Part shown: positions 40,401 to 54,415 of the stretch, piece by piece
Layout: each line of letters begins with the position of its first letter
Numbering within the stretch: position 1 is the stretch's first letter
NCBI GenBank assembly: GCA_038087875.1
Contig: CM075996.1
Span: 2,668,001 to 2,732,000 of the forward strand
Reading direction: 5' to 3'
Length of the DNA: 64,000 bases
From: Malacoraja senta
Taxonomy: Eukaryota
Made by a program: the position numbers and the translations under genes
Notes under the pieces: generated by a model
Seen by the model: the letters and a program-made list of their open reading frames with translations, nothing else
The model's database searches: none
Told to the model about the DNA's origin: nothing

Positions 40401-42673
40401 GGCGGTGCTGGCTCGAAGGGCCGAATGGCCTACTCCTGCACCTATTGTCTATTGTCTATTGTCTATAAACCCGCATGCCTTTGGAGTGTGGGAGGAAACC
40501 GGAGAACCCGGAGAAAATCCACGCAGGTCACGGGGAGCACGTGCAGACAGCGTCCATTTTGTCGATCCCACCCAGAATTCTACGGCACAATAAAGACCGT
40601 CTTACATTCTTCTGAACTCCATCGAGCCTTGAGTCAAACATTCCCTCCATAAGACAACTTCAATCCAGACAACATCTGGCCCATCTGGCAATCTTCTCAA
40701 CTCCAACGGACGCAGGGACAATCAATAAAGGACGCACAGCGCTGGAGTAACCCAGCGGGTCAGGCAGCATCTGTGGAGAACATGGATAGGTGACGTTTCA
40801 CAGAGTGCTGGAGTAACTCAGCGGGTCAGGCAGCATCTGTGGAGAACACGGATAGAATGAATGAATTAATTAATACTTTATTGTCACATGTGACAAGCCA
40901 CAGTGAGATTTTTAGTTTAGTTTAGTTTAAAGATACAGCACGGAAACAGGCCCTTCGGCCCACCGGGTCTGCACCGACCAGCGATCCCCGCACACTAACA
41001 CTATCCGACACCCACCAGGGACAATTTTTACATTTACACCAAGCCTATTAAGGTACAAATCTGTACGTCTTTGGAGCGTTGGAGGAAACCGAAGATCTCG
41101 GAGAAAAAACCCCACACATGTCACGGGGAGAAGGTACAGACTCCGTACATACAGCGCCCGTGGTCGGGATCGAACCCGGGTCTCCGGCGCTGCATTCACC
41201 GTAAGGCAGCAACTCTAGCGCTGCGCCACCGTAGATTCTTTAAGGTATGCGAAGGTTTGCCACCTAAAGGGCGCCGACTAAGTCACGAGGTATTTCATGT
41301 TGTCCCCAATGTTCCCCCTTTGTTCTCGCCGGCCCGTCCGACCGCCGGCATCCTCGCGGTTGGGGCGGTGTTTCAATAGACAATAGGTGCAGGAGTAGGC
41401 CATTCGGCCCTTCGAGCCAGCACCGCCATTCAATGTGATCATGGCTGATCATCCCCAATCAGTACCCCCCGTTCCTGCCTTCTCCCCATATCCCCTGACT
41501 CCGCTATCTTTAAGAGCCCTATCTAGCTCTCTCTTGAAAGCATCCAGAGAACCTGCCTCCACCGCCCTCTGAGGCAGAGAATTCCACAGACTCACCACAC
41601 TCTGTGAGAAAAAGTGTTTCCTCATCTCCGTTCTAAATGGCTTACCCCTTATTCTTAAACTGTGTGTGTGGCCCCTGGTTCTGGACTCCCCCCAACATCG
41701 GGAACATGTTTCCTGCCTCTAGGGTGTCTAAACCCTTAATAATCTTATACGTTTCAATAAGATTCCCTCTCATCCTTCTAAATTCCAGAGTGTACAAGCC
41801 CAGCCGCTCCATTCTCTCAGCATATCTGAGAGTCCCGCCATCCCGGGAATTAACCTGGTGAACCTACGCTGCACTCCCTCAATAGTCCAGTCAAGTCAAG
41901 TCACATTTATTTATATAGCACATTTAAAAAACGACTCTCGTTGGCCAAAGTGCTTTACATTTGTTATAAGAATAGCACAAACAAAACAAACTACATACAT
42001 GTATACATGTAGCCCTCACTCAGAGGACGTCAGGAAAGGCTTTGGAGTATAGATAAGTCTTTAGTCTTGACTTAAAAGAGTCGATGGAGGGGGCAGTTCT
42101 GATGGGAAAGGGGATGCTGTTCCACTGAGCAAGAATGTCCTTCCTCAAATTTGGAGACCAAAACTAGAGGAGACCAAAACTGCACCAAAACGTTCAGATC
42201 AGGACCCTTCTCCAGCTCGATTGTAAATGGAAGAAAGCTTGGGGAGAGGAGAGGCAGGACAAAGCGTTGGCAGGTGATAGGTGGACACAGGCGAGGGGTG
42301 TTTTTGATGGCCAGAAGGTTGGAACAAAGGTCAGAGATAAGAGCAGAAGGCACGAGACAGGCCAACCACGAGACAACCTCATCCCAAAGAACATATGAGT
42401 TGAACCTTCCCTGCGGGCGGCTAACGAGAAACAATGAATATTTCATAATCTGTACTAAAGAAGAAGGTAAAATTAGAATGGGGGTTGTGCTTTGCTTAAA
42501 GAGAGGGAAGTATTTTAAACGGTGTCTATAGAAATGTTTCTTAAAAGCGAACCAGTTTTTTTTTAAATTCCTTTTTTTGGCAATGGCATTAAAGGACGTG
42601 GGGGGGTGGGGTGGAAAATGTTGTGTTCTTTATCATAACAATGGGAGAGACATGTTGAAGAATCGGTGTTGGT

Positions 42674-42990
42674 GGGCGGCACGGTGGCGCAGCGGTAGAG
42701 TTGCTGCCTCACAGCGCCAGAGACCCGGGTTCCATCCTGACTACGGGTGCTGTCTGTACGGAGTTTGCACGTTCTCCCCGTGACCTGCGTGGGTTTTCTC
42801 CGGGTGCTCCGGTTTCCTCCCACACTCCAAAGACGTGCAGGTTTGTCAGTTAAATGGCTTGGTGTAAATGTAAAATTGTCCCTAACGTGTGTAGGAGAGT
42901 GTTAGCGTGCGGGGATCGCTGGTCGGCACGGACTCGGTGGGGCCGAAGGGCCTGTTTCCGAGTTGTATCTCTACACTAAACTAAACTAAA
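42674..42990 (+). mobile_element. tRNA-derived SINE (HE1/V-SINE-like), representative full-length copy of roughly 30 in the window
   Basis: A box ggtggcgcagcggtag, B-box region ggttc(g/c)atcc, conserved core gggttttctccgggtgctccggtttcctcccacactccaaagac, CR1-like tail gggccgaagggcctgtttcc and (taaac)n. Other copies include 4295-4590 -, 13409-13685 +, 23428-23732 +, 35685-35987 -, 36586-36882 +, 49161-49464 +, 49531-49829 -, 59104-59407 +. Confidence 0.9.
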
Positions 42991-44598
42991 TGGCCTGAGT
43001 TTTAATATTCCAAGTTAGCTTTGTTAAATGTGAAAAATTCCTTTGCATCATCGAGGTAAACTTCCCCTTTTTGCTTCCTCATCTCTCTCCAAGCAGATCC
43101 TGGACCCTGTTCTGTTGTGTCATTGTCATTTTGCAATTAGTTTCTGCCAATTAAATGTAGGCCGGCACGGTGGCGCAGCGGGTAGAGTTGCTGCCTCACA
43201 GCGCCGGAGACCCGGGTTCGATCCCGACCACGGGTGCTGTCTGTACGGAGTTTGCACGTTCTCCCCGTGACCTGCGTCGGTTTTCTCCGGGTGCTCCGGT
43301 TTCCTCCCACTCTCCAAAGACGTGCGGGTTTGTAGGTTAATTGGCTTCGGTAAGATTGTATACTTTCCAAGTGATTGGAGAAAAATTAGGCCATTCGGCC
43401 CATCAGGTCTACTCCACCATTCAATCATGGCTGATCTATCTCTCCCTCCTAACCCCTGACGCCCGTACTAATCAAGAATCTATCTATCAGAAGTCTGAAG
43501 AAGGGTCTCGACCTGAAACGTCACCCATTCCTTCTCTCCAGAGATGCTGCATGACCAGCTGAGTTACTCCAGCATTTTGTGTCTATCTTCGGTTTAAACC
43601 CACATCTGCAGTTCCTTCCTACATAACAATCTGTCTATCTCTCTCTTAAAAATATCCATCGACTTGGCCTCCGCAGTGGTTAGGAATACCACAGATTCAC
43701 CACCCTCCGCCTAAAGAAATTCCTCGTCATCTCCTTCCCAAAAGAAAATCATTTTATTCCAAGGCTGTTCCCTCTGGTCCTAGACTCTCCCACTAGTGGA
43801 AAAATCCTCTCCACATCCACTCTATCCAGGCAATAGACAATAGACAATAGGTGCAGGAGTAGGCCCTTCGGCCCTTCGAGCCAGCACCGCCATTCAATGT
43901 GATCATGGCTGATCATCCCCAATCAGTACCCCGTTCCTGCCTTCTCCCCATATCCCCTGACTCCGCTATTTTTAAGAGCCCTATCTAGCTCTCTCTTGAA
44001 AGCATCCAGAGAATCTGCCTCCACCGCCCTCTGAGGCAGAGAATTCCACCGACTCACCACTCTCTGTGAGAAAAAGTGTTTCCTCGTCTCCGTTCTAAAT
44101 GGCTTACCCCTTATTCTTAAACTGTGTGGCCCCTGGTTCTGGACTCCCCCAACATCGGGAACATGTTTCCTGCCTCTAGCATGTCCAAGTCCTTGACAAT
44201 CTTATATGAGATCACCTCTCATCCTTCTAAACTCCAGTGTCCATCCTTCTAAACTCCAGGCATTTCACTATTCGGTAAGTTTCAATGAGGCCCCCCCCCC
44301 CCCCCTCCCCTATCTAAACTCCCTCTAAACCACAAATTGTCCCGAGTGTGTGTAGGATAGTGTTAGTGCACGGGGTGATCGCTTGTTGGCGCGGACACAG
44401 TGGGCCGAAGGGGTTGTTTCCACGCTTTACCTAAACTAAACTAAACTAAACTAAGTGGCGGCAATGATTCATCTTAAAGGACGAGAGAAAATGGTTCAGT
44501 TTACATCTGGGGTGAACCGTCCAATGATGAAAGGGTTGTTTTGGTCAGAGATGTTGTGCCAACAACCACCTGTAGTTACATAGCACCTGTAGTGAACC

Positions 44599-45192
44599 TA
44601 GAGTCGCCAACTTCCTCACTCCCAAATACGGGACAAAAGGTCAAAACACGGGACAAATTCCCGACGGCAATTCGTTGACCGACCCGGCCGTGGCTGGGTG
44701 AATGATGAGTAGGCCCGGGTGCTGGACTGCACACAAAGCCCAGCCAGCGGGGACCAGCTGAGGAGTTTTGGCCCGGGGGCCGCTCGACGTCACGCGCAAA
44801 GTCCAGCGCCCCGTCCAACTCATGAACCGATGATCGGCCATGAGGAGGGGTGGTGGTATCGGCGGTTAGCGATGGTCCGAAGGTCGGACAGCTGGCCGGG
44901 CCGGGGTGGTGTGGGTCTCACCACCGTCGGTCGGTCGGTGGGTGCCGACCGACCGACCGACGGGGCCACGGGCGAGGCGCTGCTGCCGCTGCTGCTGCTG
45001 CTGCTGCACTCCACGGGCTGCACTACGTCGGGACGGGTGAGGCGGGGGCCGGACGCGGCGCTCCGACCCGACAGTCCCCTCGACCCGAGTAGTAGCGGTC
45101 AAATACGGGACAAGGGCGGTCCCGTACGGGACAAACCAATTTAGCCCAATATACGGGATGTCCCGGCTAATACGGGACAGTTGGCGACCCTA
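44599..45192. mobile_element. GC-rich non-autonomous DNA transposon (hAT Blackjack-like termini); further copies 16262-16679 (truncated) and 51982-52832 (interrupted)
   Basis: TIRs tagagtcgccaac / gttggcgacccta, subterminal (ta)cgggac repeats, flanks tagtgaacc / ttgtgaacc. Confidence 0.75.
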
Positions 45193-46032
45193 TTGTGAAC
45201 CAGTAGAGTGGCACTTGGTCAAAGAACTGCGTTTGAGAGAGGGAGGGGAGAGACTGGAGACTGCAGCCTTATTGATGCAGTTAGTTGGTTGAAGTCACAA
45301 AATGCCACATGGGTATAATTGGAAAGGTGTCTATGTGTATTAGATAAGGATGGTATTCTTGTGGTGTACATTTCAGGAAATCCCAAAGCGCTTTGCAACT
45401 ACTTAAGGTACTTAAATAATTCATCTTGTAATATATGGGGAATATGGCAGCCAATTTAAGCCCTGCAAAGTCCCACCCGCTGAGTTTCTCCAGCATTTTT
45501 TGTCTACCTTCGATTTTTCCAGCATCCGCAGTTCTTTCTTAAACATTCCACTCTGGAGAGAAGGAATGGGTGACGTTTCGGGTCGAGACCCTTCTTCAGG
45601 CTCGACCCGAAACGTCTCTCCAGAAATGCTGCCTGTCCCGCTGAGTTGCTCCAACATTTTGTGTCTGTCACCATTGACATGTTGTCTTGGGACATTCCAT
45701 GGTATTTCACACCCAATTGATACTTCTCCAATTTTGCTACTGTTTTAGGAAGTCTGTACACGGCCAATCTGTACACGGCCGACTACGTTCAATAGCGTTG
45801 TGATGACAATGTCGTTGTCGACTGAGCAATTATCTGTTTCCCAGAACACCAAGGATCTGTGGCCTAATTTCCTCAAATTCCAATGGGTTCTTCTTGTGTC
45901 CATGCTTGGCGGTCTAATGCCTCGCCAAGAAGATGTCACCCGGTCGACACCCGCCCTCCTCGCATGAGGCGTGAGGCTGAGGCGTGAGGCAGAGCTGCGG
46001 TTAAAATGAGTTATGGGTCTGGTTCGATCGGG

Positions 46033-46315
46033 CAAAATGGCTGCCGGCGTGGTCTAAAATGGCTGCTGGCGTGGTCTAAAATGGCTGCTGGCGTGGTCTA
46101 AAATGGCTGCCGGTGTGGTCTAAAATGGCTGCTTGCGGGGTCAAGATGGCTGACGGCGAGGGCAAAATGGCTGCTTGCGGGGTCAAGATGGCTGACGGCG
46201 AGGGCAAAATGGCCACCGGTGTGGTTAAGATGGCTGCCAGCATGGTCTAAAATGGTTACTGGCGAGGGCAAAGTGGCCACCGGTGTGGTCAAGATGGCTG
46301 ACGGCGTGATCAAAA
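46033..46315. repeat. 21-22 bp tandem repeat (aaaatggctgccggcgtggtct)n, 13 copies
   Basis: Units directly visible; ends about 55 bp before the exon 2 acceptor. Confidence 0.92.
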
Positions 46316-46333
46316 CACAGCCACTGTTTGTAA

Positions 46334-46444
<111 letters not shown>

Positions 46445-46984
46445 TAAGTACCTGGGTGTGCGCGCGTAACACGGTAGTCCCAGAAAGAACCGCTAACGCT
46501 GCATCCACGGGCGCACAGGAGACGTCCACTGGGCCCACGCATTCCACCCTCGTTTTCCTGCTCCTCTCAGCACCAACTAGTGGCTGCCTTTGTCGAATTT
46601 CCCTTCTCCACTGGGGCTTCATGAAGGGGTGTAGAGATGTGTGTGTGTGGGGGGGGGGTTGTTGTTTCCTTCTTCCGGTTCGATCCCGACTACGGGTGCT
46701 GTCTGTACGGAGTTTATATGTTCTCCCCGTGACCTGCGTGGGTTTTCTCTGAGATCTTCGGTTCCCCCCCTCCCCCCCACACTCCAAAGACGTGCTGGTT
46801 TGTAGGTTAATTGGCTTGGTATAATTGTAAAATTGTCCCTCGTGGGTGCGGGATAGCGTTAACGTGCGGGGATCGCTGGTCGGCGCGGACTCTGTGGGCC
46901 TGTTTCCGCTCTGTATCTCTGAATTAAGACTAAACTAAACTAAACACAGATCAACAAACACATCTCAATCCCACCCCATGGTAG

Positions 46985-47236
<252 letters not shown>

Positions 47237-49018
47237 TGACTCTGTTGCCTCCGATCTCCTTTCATCACTTACTCCACCGATCTGCCAATCCATCGCCTTC
47301 ACCTGTACCCTCTTGCCCTTCTTTCACCTAGTCCCACCTCGTTTCCAGCGCGGAAACAGGCCCTTCGGCCCTCTGAGTCCATGGTGACCCTCAATCACCC
47401 ATTCACGCTAGTCTAGTGCAGTTTAGTTTTGAGATATAGCACGGTAACAGCCCTTCAGCCCACCGAGTCCGTGCCGACCAGCGATCCCCGCACATTAACA
47501 CCGTCCTACATACACTCGGGCCAGTTTACAATTACACCAAGCCAATTTACCCGTCTTTGGGAGTGTGGGAAGAAACCAAAGATCTCGGAGAAAAAACCCA
47601 CGCAGGTCACGGGGAGAGCGTACAAACTCCGTACAGACAGCACCCGTAGTCAGGATCGAACCTGCCCATTCTTCAGACTGAATAATTCAGACTGAGTCTG
47701 AAGAAGGGTCTCGACCCGAAACGTCGCCCATTCCTTCTCTCCAGAGACGCTGCCCGTCGCGCTGAGTTACTCCAGCTTTTTGTGTGTGTCTTTGGTACAG
47801 TGAAACCCTTTGCCTTGCCTACCGTACACAAGGTATGCAAAGAGTCGCTACCTATAGGGCGCCGAAAAGGTTACAGAGGATATTCAATGCAGTGCCCAAA
47901 GGTCCCTCTTCATTCCTTCTGTGGGCCCCCCCCCACCCCCCCCACCTCTCTCCAGTCCGGGCCTGTCTTTGTTCTCTCGGCGGTCTCACCCACGAGAAGA
48001 CACTGCCCAAAATCCGTAAAGTTCTTGCCATTCACTGAGTCCACGTTTGTAGGTTGGGTCCTGCACTGCCTTGAAGCACCAGTGACACAGAAACATAGAA
48101 AATAGGTGCAGGAGTAGGCCATTCGGCCCTTCGAGCCACGTTTCTTTACGTGGAGCTTGAAAAAAGCCCCGTAAAAAAATAGGTGCCTCCCAGTTTATTG
48201 TCACATGTATCAAGGTACAGTGAGAAGCTTTTGTTGCGTGCTAGCCAGTCAGCGGAAAGACAATACGTGATTACAATCGAGCCGTCCACAGTGTACAGAT
48301 ACATGATAAGGGAATAACGTTTAACATAGAAAATAGGTGCAGGAGTAGGCCATTCGGCCCTTCGAGCCGGCACCGCCATTCAATATGATCATGGCTGACC
48401 ATCCTGAATCAGTTCCCCCGTTCCTGCTTTCTCCCCATATCCCTTGATTCCGTTAGCCCTAAGAGCTAAATCTAACTCTCTCTTCAATACATCCAGTGGA
48501 TTGGCCTCCACTGCCTTCTGTGGCAGAGAATTCCACACATTCACAACCCTCTGGGTGGAAAAAGTTTTTCCTCGTCTCAGTCCTAAATGGCCGACCCCTT
48601 ATTCTTAAACTGTGTGACCCCCTGGTTCTGGACTCCCCCAACATCGGGAACATTTTTTCCTGCATCTAGCCTGTACAATCCCTTAAGAATTTTGTTTAAG
48701 AAGGAACTGCAGATGCTGGAAAATCGAAGGGAGACAAAAATGCTGGAGAAACTCAGCGGGTGCAGCAGCATCTATGGAGCGAAGGAAATTGGCAACGTTT
48801 CGGGTCGAAACGTTGCCTATCTCCTTCGCTCCATAGATGCTGCTGCACCCGCTGAGTTTCTCCAGCATTTTTGTGTACCCTTAAGAATTGTATTTGTTTC
48901 CATAAGATCCCCTCTCATTCTTCTAAATCCCTGTGAACATAAGCCCAGTCGATCCATTCTTTCATCGTATGTCGGTCCCGCCATCCCGGGAATTAACCTG
49001 GTTTTCCTCTCTTTCTAG

Positions 49019-49159
<141 letters not shown>

Positions 49160-49876
49160 TAGGGCGGCACGGTGGCGCAGCGGTAGAGTTGCTGCCTCAC
49201 AGCGCCGGAGACCCGGGTTCCATCCCGACTACGGGTGCCGTCCGTACGGAGTTTGTACCTTCTCCCCGTGACCTGCGCGGGTTTTCTCCGAGATCTTCGG
49301 TTTCCTCCCACACTCCAAAGACGTGCAGGTTTGTAGGTTCATTGGCTTTTCATGAAGGTAAAAATGTCCTTCATGTGTGTAGGATAGTGTTGGTGTGTGG
49401 TCAGCACAGACTAGGTGGGCCGAAGGGCCTGTTTCCGCGCTGTATCTGTAAATCTAAAAATCTAAAAAAATCTTTTAAAAACATACGCAACTGCGCAGTG
49501 AAATTCTTCTGGCATGTTTCGTTTTTGTTTAATTTAAAGATACAGCGGGGAAACAGGCCCTTCGGCCCACCTAGTCTGTGCCGACCAGCGATCCCCGCAC
49601 ACTAACGCTATCCTACACACACTAGGGACAATTTACAATTTTTACTGAAACCAATCAACCTGCAAACCTGCACGTGTTTGGAGTGTGGGAGGAAACCGGA
49701 GCACCCGGAGAAAACCCACGCAGGTCACGGGGAGAAGGTACAAACTCCGCACAGACAGCACCCGTAGTTGGGATTGAACCCGTAGTCTCTGGCGCTGTGA
49801 GGCAGCAACTCTACCGCTGCGCCACCGTGCATTCAACACCCAAGTGTTGAACGTAACGCTGCCTTGGACAAGGCAT

Positions 49877-50422
49877 AGGGTGGGGTGTGTGTACCAGGGC
49901 TGGGGGGTGTGTACCTGAGGTGGGGGTTTTGTACTAGGGGTGGGTGTGGGCACCAGGGGTGGGGACTGGGGGGGGGGGTGGTTGGGTACCACAGGTGGGG
50001 GCAGTGAGGGGGGTGGTTGGGTACCACAGGTGGGGGCAGTGAGGGGGGGGTTGGGTACCACAGGTGGGGGCAGTGAGGGGGGGGGGGGTGGTTGGGTACC
50101 ACAGGTGGGGGCAGTGAGGGGGGGGGTGGTTGGGTACCACAGGTGGGGGCAGTGAGGGGGGAGTTGGGTACCACAGGTGGGGGCAGTGAGGGGGGGGTTG
50201 GGTACCAGAGGTGGGGGTTTGTACTAGGGGTGGGTGAGGGCACCAGGGGTGGGGACTGGGGGGGTTTGGGTACCAGGGATGGGGGTTTGTACTCGGGGTG
50301 GTTGTGGGCATCAGGGGTGGGGGCGGTGGGGAGGTGATGACGGGGGGGTTGGGTACCAGGGGAGTGCGAAGGGGTGGGCAGGGGGGGTTGGGTGCCAGTG
50401 GAGCGGGGGGTGGGCAGGGGGG
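49877..50422. repeat. G-rich minisatellite (gggtaccacaggtgggggcagtgagggggggggtt-like)
   Basis: Repeated G4-G11 runs on the + strand, ending about 40 bp before the exon 5 acceptor. Confidence 0.9.
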
Positions 50423-50436
50423 CACAGGTTAGCTGA

Positions 50437-51488
<1,052 letters not shown>

Positions 51489-52624
51489 GATGTTTTACAG
51501 ATTTTTATAAGCTGTCCCACACTTTTTCAGAGTTCCATCTTTAAAAAAAAAAATTGATTCATTGCAATCTGCAAGACTTTCTTATTAAGTTCATAAGCGA
51601 TTGGAGCAGAATTAGGCCATTCGGCCCATCAAGTCTACTCCGCCATTCAATCGCGGCTGGTCTATCTCTCCCTCCTAACCCCAATCTCCTGCCTTCTCCC
51701 CCGACACCCGTACTAATCAAGAATCTATCTATCTCTGCCTTGAAAATATCACTGACTTGGCCTCCACCGCCTTCTGCGGCAAAGAATTCCACAGATTCAC
51801 CGCCCTCTGAGTAGTTAGATATTGGTGACTGATGTTGCCGACTCGGTTGGCAATGCCGGCTCCTGGTGTTGCCGCCGTCTGGGCTGGGCTCTGCTGGTGC
51901 AGCCTTCCACCGATGCGAAGGTGTCCCTCGGATATCAGGGCCTTCTGAACGGCCCTTCCGTGATCTAGGGTCCAGTCCAATTAGGGTCGTCAACCTTCTC
52001 ACTCCCCAAATAAGGGGCACAAGGTCAAAATAAGGGACAAACCTGTTGTGTCAGGTCTAGGGTACACAAAAATGCTGGAGAAACTCAGCGGGTGCAGCAG
52101 CATCTATGGAGCGAAGGAAATAGGCAACGTTTCGGGCCGAAACCCTTCTTCAGATGTAGGATCTGTCTGTAAGCGTGCCCTCTGGAGATTACAGAGTACA
52201 GATGCTCCTTGACCCACGATGCGTTGACTTACGAGATCTCGACTTTACGATGGTACACATTCAGTAGAAACCGTACTTCGAGTTTTGAATTTCGATCTTT
52301 TCGACGAACCAGGAAAGTGACAGGACGTCAACCACGTCACCAAGTCCGGGGGGCAATTCGTCGACCGACTCGGCCGTGGCTGGGTGAATGATGAGTTGTC
52401 CCCTGGTGCTGGACTTTCGAACCCGGGCCAAAGCCCAGCCGGCTGGCCCGCCGGCTGGGCTTTGTGTACTGCTGCCGGCGCCCCCGTCCGACTCATGAAC
52501 CGATGATCGGCCCATGAGAAGGAGGGGTGGTGGTGGTGGTGGTGGTGTCGGCGGCAAGCGAAGGTCTGAAGGTCGGACAGCTGGGCCGGGCTGCCGACCG
52601 ACCGACGGGGCCACGGGCGAGGCG

Positions 52625-52655
<31 letters not shown>

Positions 52656-54284
52656 ACTCCACGGGCTGCACTACGTCGGGACTCCGACCCGACAGTCCCC
52701 TCCGACCCGACAGTCCCCTCGACCCGACTAGTAGCGGTCAAATACGGGACAAGGGCGAACCCCGTACGGGACAAACTAATTTAGCCCGATATACGGCATG
52801 TCCCGGCTAATACGGGACAGTTGGCGATCCTACATCCAATTCACCCCATGCGCCAAGGTGCTGTCCAGTTCACTCCATTAGCTCGGAGTGCACGGTGGCA
52901 CAGCGGTAGAGATACTGCCTCAAAGTGCCAGAGGCCCGAGTTCAATCCCAACTACGGGTGCTGTCTGCATGGAGTCTTGTTTTATAAACACAGCACAAAA
53001 ACGGGCTCCTCGGCCAACCAAGTCCACGCCAGCCATCGATCACCCATTCACACTCGTTCTACTTTCTCCTACACTCCCTGCACAGAGGCCCAGTTAATCT
53101 ACAAACCCGCACGTCTTTGGACAATGGACAATAGACAATAGGTGCAGGAGTAGGCCATTCGGCCCTTCGAACCAGCACCGCCATTCACTGTGATCATGGC
53201 TGATCATCCCCAATCAGTACCCCGTTCCTGCCTTCTCCCCATATCCCCTGACTCCGCTATCTTTAAGAGCTCTATCTAGCTCTCTCTTGAAAGTATCCAG
53301 AGAATTGGCCTTCACTGCCTTCTGAGGCAGAGAATTCCACAGATTCACAACTCTCTGGGTGAAAACGTTTTTCCTCGTCTCCGTTCCAAATGGCCAACCC
53401 CTTATTCTTAAACTGTGTGGCCCCTGGTTCTGGACTCCCCCAACATCGGGAACATGTTTCCTGCCTCTAGCGTGTCCAAGCCCTTAATAATCTTATATGT
53501 TTCAATACGATCCCCTCCCATCCTTCTAAATTCCTGTGGGAACTTTTGGTCACCAACATCAGAATCAGAATCAGATTTTATTCGCCAAGTATGTTTTGCA
53601 ACACACGAGGAATTTCATTTGCCAGGTCAGTCATACAATTAAAAGCAACAGATCACTCAAAAACAAGTTTTAACGTGAACATCCACCACAGTGACTCCTC
53701 CACATTCCTCACTGTGATGGAAGGCAAAAAAAAGTTCAAGGCCTTCCTTTTGTTCTTCCTCGGTCAGGGGCCTCGAGCCCTTCGTTGACGGGACGATCTT
53801 GATTCCCGTAGCCGGTGGTGTTCGGGCCCTCCGTGTCGAGGCGTTCAGCTCCTGCGTCGGGGGGGTTGTCAGCTCCCCCGCTCCGTGCGATCGAACCTCG
53901 CCTCGGGGCGGGTCGAACCTTCCGCGGCGTTGGAGCCCCCCGACTCGGCCTCTCCCGATACTGCGAGCCCTTGATGGTAAGTCCGCGGGTCGCGGTGGGA
54001 GCGATCCCAGGCAAGGGAGACGCTCCGATGTTAAGTCCGCGCCCCGCGGTGGGGCTCACGACAGTCCGAGGAGGCGGCTCCCAGCTCCAGCGATGGTAGG
54101 CCGCAGAGCGCCCGGAGAATGCGATCCGAAAATCAATCACATCTCCGGGAAGGTAAGAGCTTGAAAAAAAAGCCGATCCCCTCCCCCCTCCCCCCACATA
54201 AAACAAACCAAAGTGCATTAAAACAAACTGGGGCACTGTGGAGGCAGCTGCTGATTTATCTTTCTCCTCTCTCGTTCGGGAAAG

Positions 54285-54415
54285 GCTCCATGAGATACCT
54301 GGAGTGCTCGGCCCTGACCCAGCGGGGACTGAAGACCGTGTTCGACGAAGCTATACGCGCCGTGCTCTGCCCAGCTCCCGAGGAGAGGTCCAAGAAGAGC
54401 TGCCTCTTACTCTGA
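54285..54415 (+). CDS. RAC2: RAC2-like coding exon 6 (G5, hypervariable tail, CAAX)
   Basis: Pyrimidine tract then gggaaag acceptor; encodes [42 protein letters not shown]; 131 nt. Exon total 35+72+118+63+160+131=579 nt = 192 aa + stop. The weakly basic tail favours RAC2; orthology needs a tree or synteny. Confidence 0.93.

Noticed and set aside
42674..42745. tRNA-like sequences at many positions
   Set aside because: They are SINE heads, always followed by the SINE core and CR1-like tail; not tRNA genes.
53560..54225. GC-rich ORF-bearing segment before exon 6 (similar segment at 15808-16220)
   Set aside because: Has a tandem (atcaga)n end typical of a retroelement tail and no coherent protein; probably an unclassified repeat that I cannot name.
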